Source: Candidatus Poribacteria bacterium
GTDB taxonomy: Bacteria; Poribacteria; WGA-4E; PCPOR2b
Assembly (NCBI GenBank): GCA_965208675.1
Contig: OZ242351.1
Location: forward strand, 1,600,001-1,664,000
Direction: 5' to 3'
Length of the DNA stretch: 64,000 nt
The notes under the pieces are model-generated. The model worked only from the letters and a program-made list of their open reading frames with translations, searched no databases and had not been told where the DNA came from. The translations under genes and the position numbers were made by a program. This document shows, piece after piece, positions 61,911-64,000 of this stretch. Positions within the stretch are counted from its first letter, which is position 1, and each line of letters starts with the position of its first letter.

Positions 61911-62891
61911 ATGTATTCTAGAGTGAAGTCCGCGTTTTTCTCGTTGTGCACTGCAATCCTGTTGAACCATGTGGGGCTTTCATTACCTGCCTTGGCACAA
62001 GCGCCCGATGAACCGACCATCGCCTTTGCCACATCGCGCGGAGGCGGTAGTCTCTGGCTAGTTGACCCGGATGGTGACAATGCGCGCGCTGTGCCGAACG
62101 CTCCCGGGGCGTCTCTTGGAATCGAGTGGTCGCCGGATGGCCGAAAGATTGCTTACTACGCTGAGGTAGATGGGAACATTGACGTGTTTGTGATAGATGC
62201 TGATGGACAGAATCTCCTAAGAATGACGGAACACCTAAAAGCAGACAGGTGGCCCACATGGCACCCTAACGGTCAAAGGATGGCTTTTACATCCAAACGT
62301 GACGGAAATCTTGAAATTTACGTGATGGATGCCAATGGCGAAGGAAAGCAGAATATTACCAACCATCCCGATGCCGACTACGACCCGTCGTGGTCTCCCA
62401 ACGGCCGCAAGATTGCTTTCTACACGTCCCGCGATGGAAATGCTGAAATCTACGTAATGGACACCGACGGGCAGAATCTAACCAACCTGACAAACAACGA
62501 TGGTGAAGACATTCAACCGGACTGGTCGCCGAATGGTAATAAGATTGTTTTCGCCTCCGATCGGGCGGGGCCTGACAACATTTTTGTCATGGACGCAGAT
62601 GGGGGAAATGTCGATCAGATTACGGACGTACCCACACCTGATAATGAGCCTGCATGGTCACCGGATGGGAAACAAATTGCCTTCACTGCCGCGCGGGATG
62701 GAACCATCGATGTCTGGGTGATGGATGCCGATGGGGATAATCCCGCCAGCCTGGAGGGCGGTGGCTGGAATCGTAATCCGTCGTGGTTTGACCCGGCTTT
62801 TGCAGGGGAGTTCGCCGTTTCTCCCGCAGGCAGACACACCTCCATCTGGGGCAAACTCAAACATCAGGAGCGAGTAACATTTTGGCGATAA
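61911..62891 (+). CDS. Secreted TolB-like PD40-repeat beta-propeller (paralogue of the preceding gene)
   Basis: Signal peptide (ALA|Q); PD40 repeats; tail AVSPAGRHTSIWGKLK. Confidence 0.9.
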   Translation: MYSRVKSAFFSLCTAILLNHVGLSLPALAQAPDEPTIAFATSRGGGSLWLVDPDGDNARAVPNAPGASLGIEWSPDGRKIAYYAEVDGNIDVFVIDADGQNLLRMTEHLKADRWPTWHPNGQRMAFTSKRDGNLEIYVMDANGEGKQNITNHPDADYDPSWSPNGRKIAFYTSRDGNAEIYVMDTDGQNLTNLTNNDGEDIQPDWSPNGNKIVFASDRAGPDNIFVMDADGGNVDQITDVPTPDNEPAWSPDGKQIAFTAARDGTIDVWVMDADGDNPASLEGGGWNRNPSWFDPAFAGEFAVSPAGRHTSIWGKLKHQERVTFWR

Positions 62892-63105
62892 TACCGTTTT
62901 ATAGACGGGCGTTCATAGTTAGTGTATTCACAACGGTAATCCGAGAAGTAATTCCGGTCATCAGCCCGCAAGGAATTTCAATTTGAATTTGAATTAGAGT
63001 AACACATGGGGAGGCATTCTATTTTTCTTGGGAAGTCACTCTATATGCACCCAATTCACAAGAGGGTGGTGGCAAGGTCTCCGATTGTAGAGCGAGGGCA
63101 ATCCT

Positions 63106-64000
63106 GTGGCAAGCATCCATATTCCAAAACCGTGGAACATCCCCGAGCGGGAAGTTACACCAGAAGCGGATTTTATAAACCGCCGCCGCTTCCTTACAAG
63201 CATAGCCGGTGCAGGACTTTCGATAGCTGGCGCTTCAATCCTTGGGTGTGAAAGTAACTCAGAATCAAAGACTCCGACCAAATCTGACGTCAACTTCACA
63301 AACTTCGAATCAGTTGAGCGGAATCAAAATTTTGCAAAAGTCGGCCGCCCGCTAACCGATGAAGCGTCGGCAGCCAAATACAATAACTTTTATGAATTCG
63401 GGGGTACAAAGTCCATTTGGAAAAAGGCACAAGCCCTGCCGACTGAAAACTGGAAGGTGGAAGTTACTGGCATGGTCCAGAATCCTCGAACCTATGATCT
63501 GGACGATATTAAGAAGAAGTTCCCGCTAGAAGAGCGCGTCTACCGTTTCCGCTGCGTTGAGGCTTGGGCAATGGTTGTTCCGTGGACAGGGTTCCCAATG
63601 AGATTGCTTATTGAAGACGTGCAACCTGCATCAACGGCGAAGTTCGTGCGCTTTACTTCGTATTACAATCGCAAAGTTACCAAAGGCCCGTTTTGGCCGC
63701 CTGCGTCTCGGCTACCCTGGCCGTATACAGAAGGTCTCCGCATAGACGAGATGGAAAACGAACTAGCGTTCTTTGCTGTCGGCATCTATGGGCATGCACT
63801 TCCAAAACAACACGGTGCACCCATCCGCGAAGTGGTACCGTGGAAATACGGTTTCAAAGGCGCTAAATCAATTGTCAAAATCGAGTTCGTCGACAAGCAG
63901 CCCGCTACATTTTGGAATACCCTCCAACCGACCGAATACGATTTTGAAGCCAATGTCAATCCTAATAAGCCTCACCCGCGTTGGTCGCAAGCCACAGAAC
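63106..64000 (+). CDS. msrP: Protein-methionine-sulfoxide reductase catalytic subunit MsrP (runs off the window end)
   Basis: Not in the ORF track; hand translation from GTG gives EREVTPEADFINRRRFL (Tat), YNNFYEFG, EERVYRFRCVEAW, LPKQHGAPIR.VVPWKYGFK. Confidence 0.95.
   Translation, partial: MASIHIPKPWNIPEREVTPEADFINRRRFLTSIAGAGLSIAGASILGCESNSESKTPTKSDVNFTNFESVERNQNFAKVGRPLTDEASAAKYNNFYEFGGTKSIWKKAQALPTENWKVEVTGMVQNPRTYDLDDIKKKFPLEERVYRFRCVEAWAMVVPWTGFPMRLLIEDVQPASTAKFVRFTSYYNRKVTKGPFWPPASRLPWPYTEGLRIDEMENELAFFAVGIYGHALPKQHGAPIREVVPWKYGFKGAKSIVKIEFVDKQPATFWNTLQPTEYDFEANVNPNKPHPRWSQATE

Noticed and set aside
60783-62891. CRISPR-like or non-coding tandem repeats; true tolB genes
   Set aside because: The periodicity comes from in-frame PD40 protein repeats; there is no TolB N-terminal domain and no tolQRA-pal context.

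Overview
Bacterial chromosomal window from a diderm organism (kdsB, predicted outer-membrane barrel). The gene content suggests Candidatus Poribacteria (inference from the LamG and PD40 proteins with a 'V-x-P-x-x-K-x4-W-G-x-I-K' tail, a DUF6785-type membrane protein and many sugar-acid enzymes). Most of it is housekeeping and catabolic: rplA-rplJ-rplL, an NAD-linked formate dehydrogenase, an ECF sigma/anti-sigma/RseB-like operon, recJ-rel, rpmB, ligA, dapF-dapA, sucC and sucD (split), proS, panB, pgk, rsmD, kdsB-pyrG and a partial msrP. Main observations: (1) seven secreted-protein genes or gene remnants of two unrelated folds at 56.5-62.9 kb end in the same 16-residue motif, a candidate undescribed C-terminal sorting or anchoring signal; (2) the 'split' FDH alpha gene is one selenoprotein, with an in-frame UGA and a SECIS hairpin; (3) a PorV-like beta-barrel is fused to a lytic transglycosylase next to a LysM-M23 peptidase; (4) L10 has an extra L12-binding helix, predicting an L10(L12)8 stalk; (5) a two-gene defence islet (HsdR_N nuclease with a SeqA-like tail, plus a DUF4011 helicase-nuclease); (6) a decaying tandem duplication of a three-gene LamG array; (7) GTAG-type REP/REPIN repeats. 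No CRISPR array, rRNA, complete tRNA or transposase was seen. All calls were made by eye from motifs; no database searches were run.
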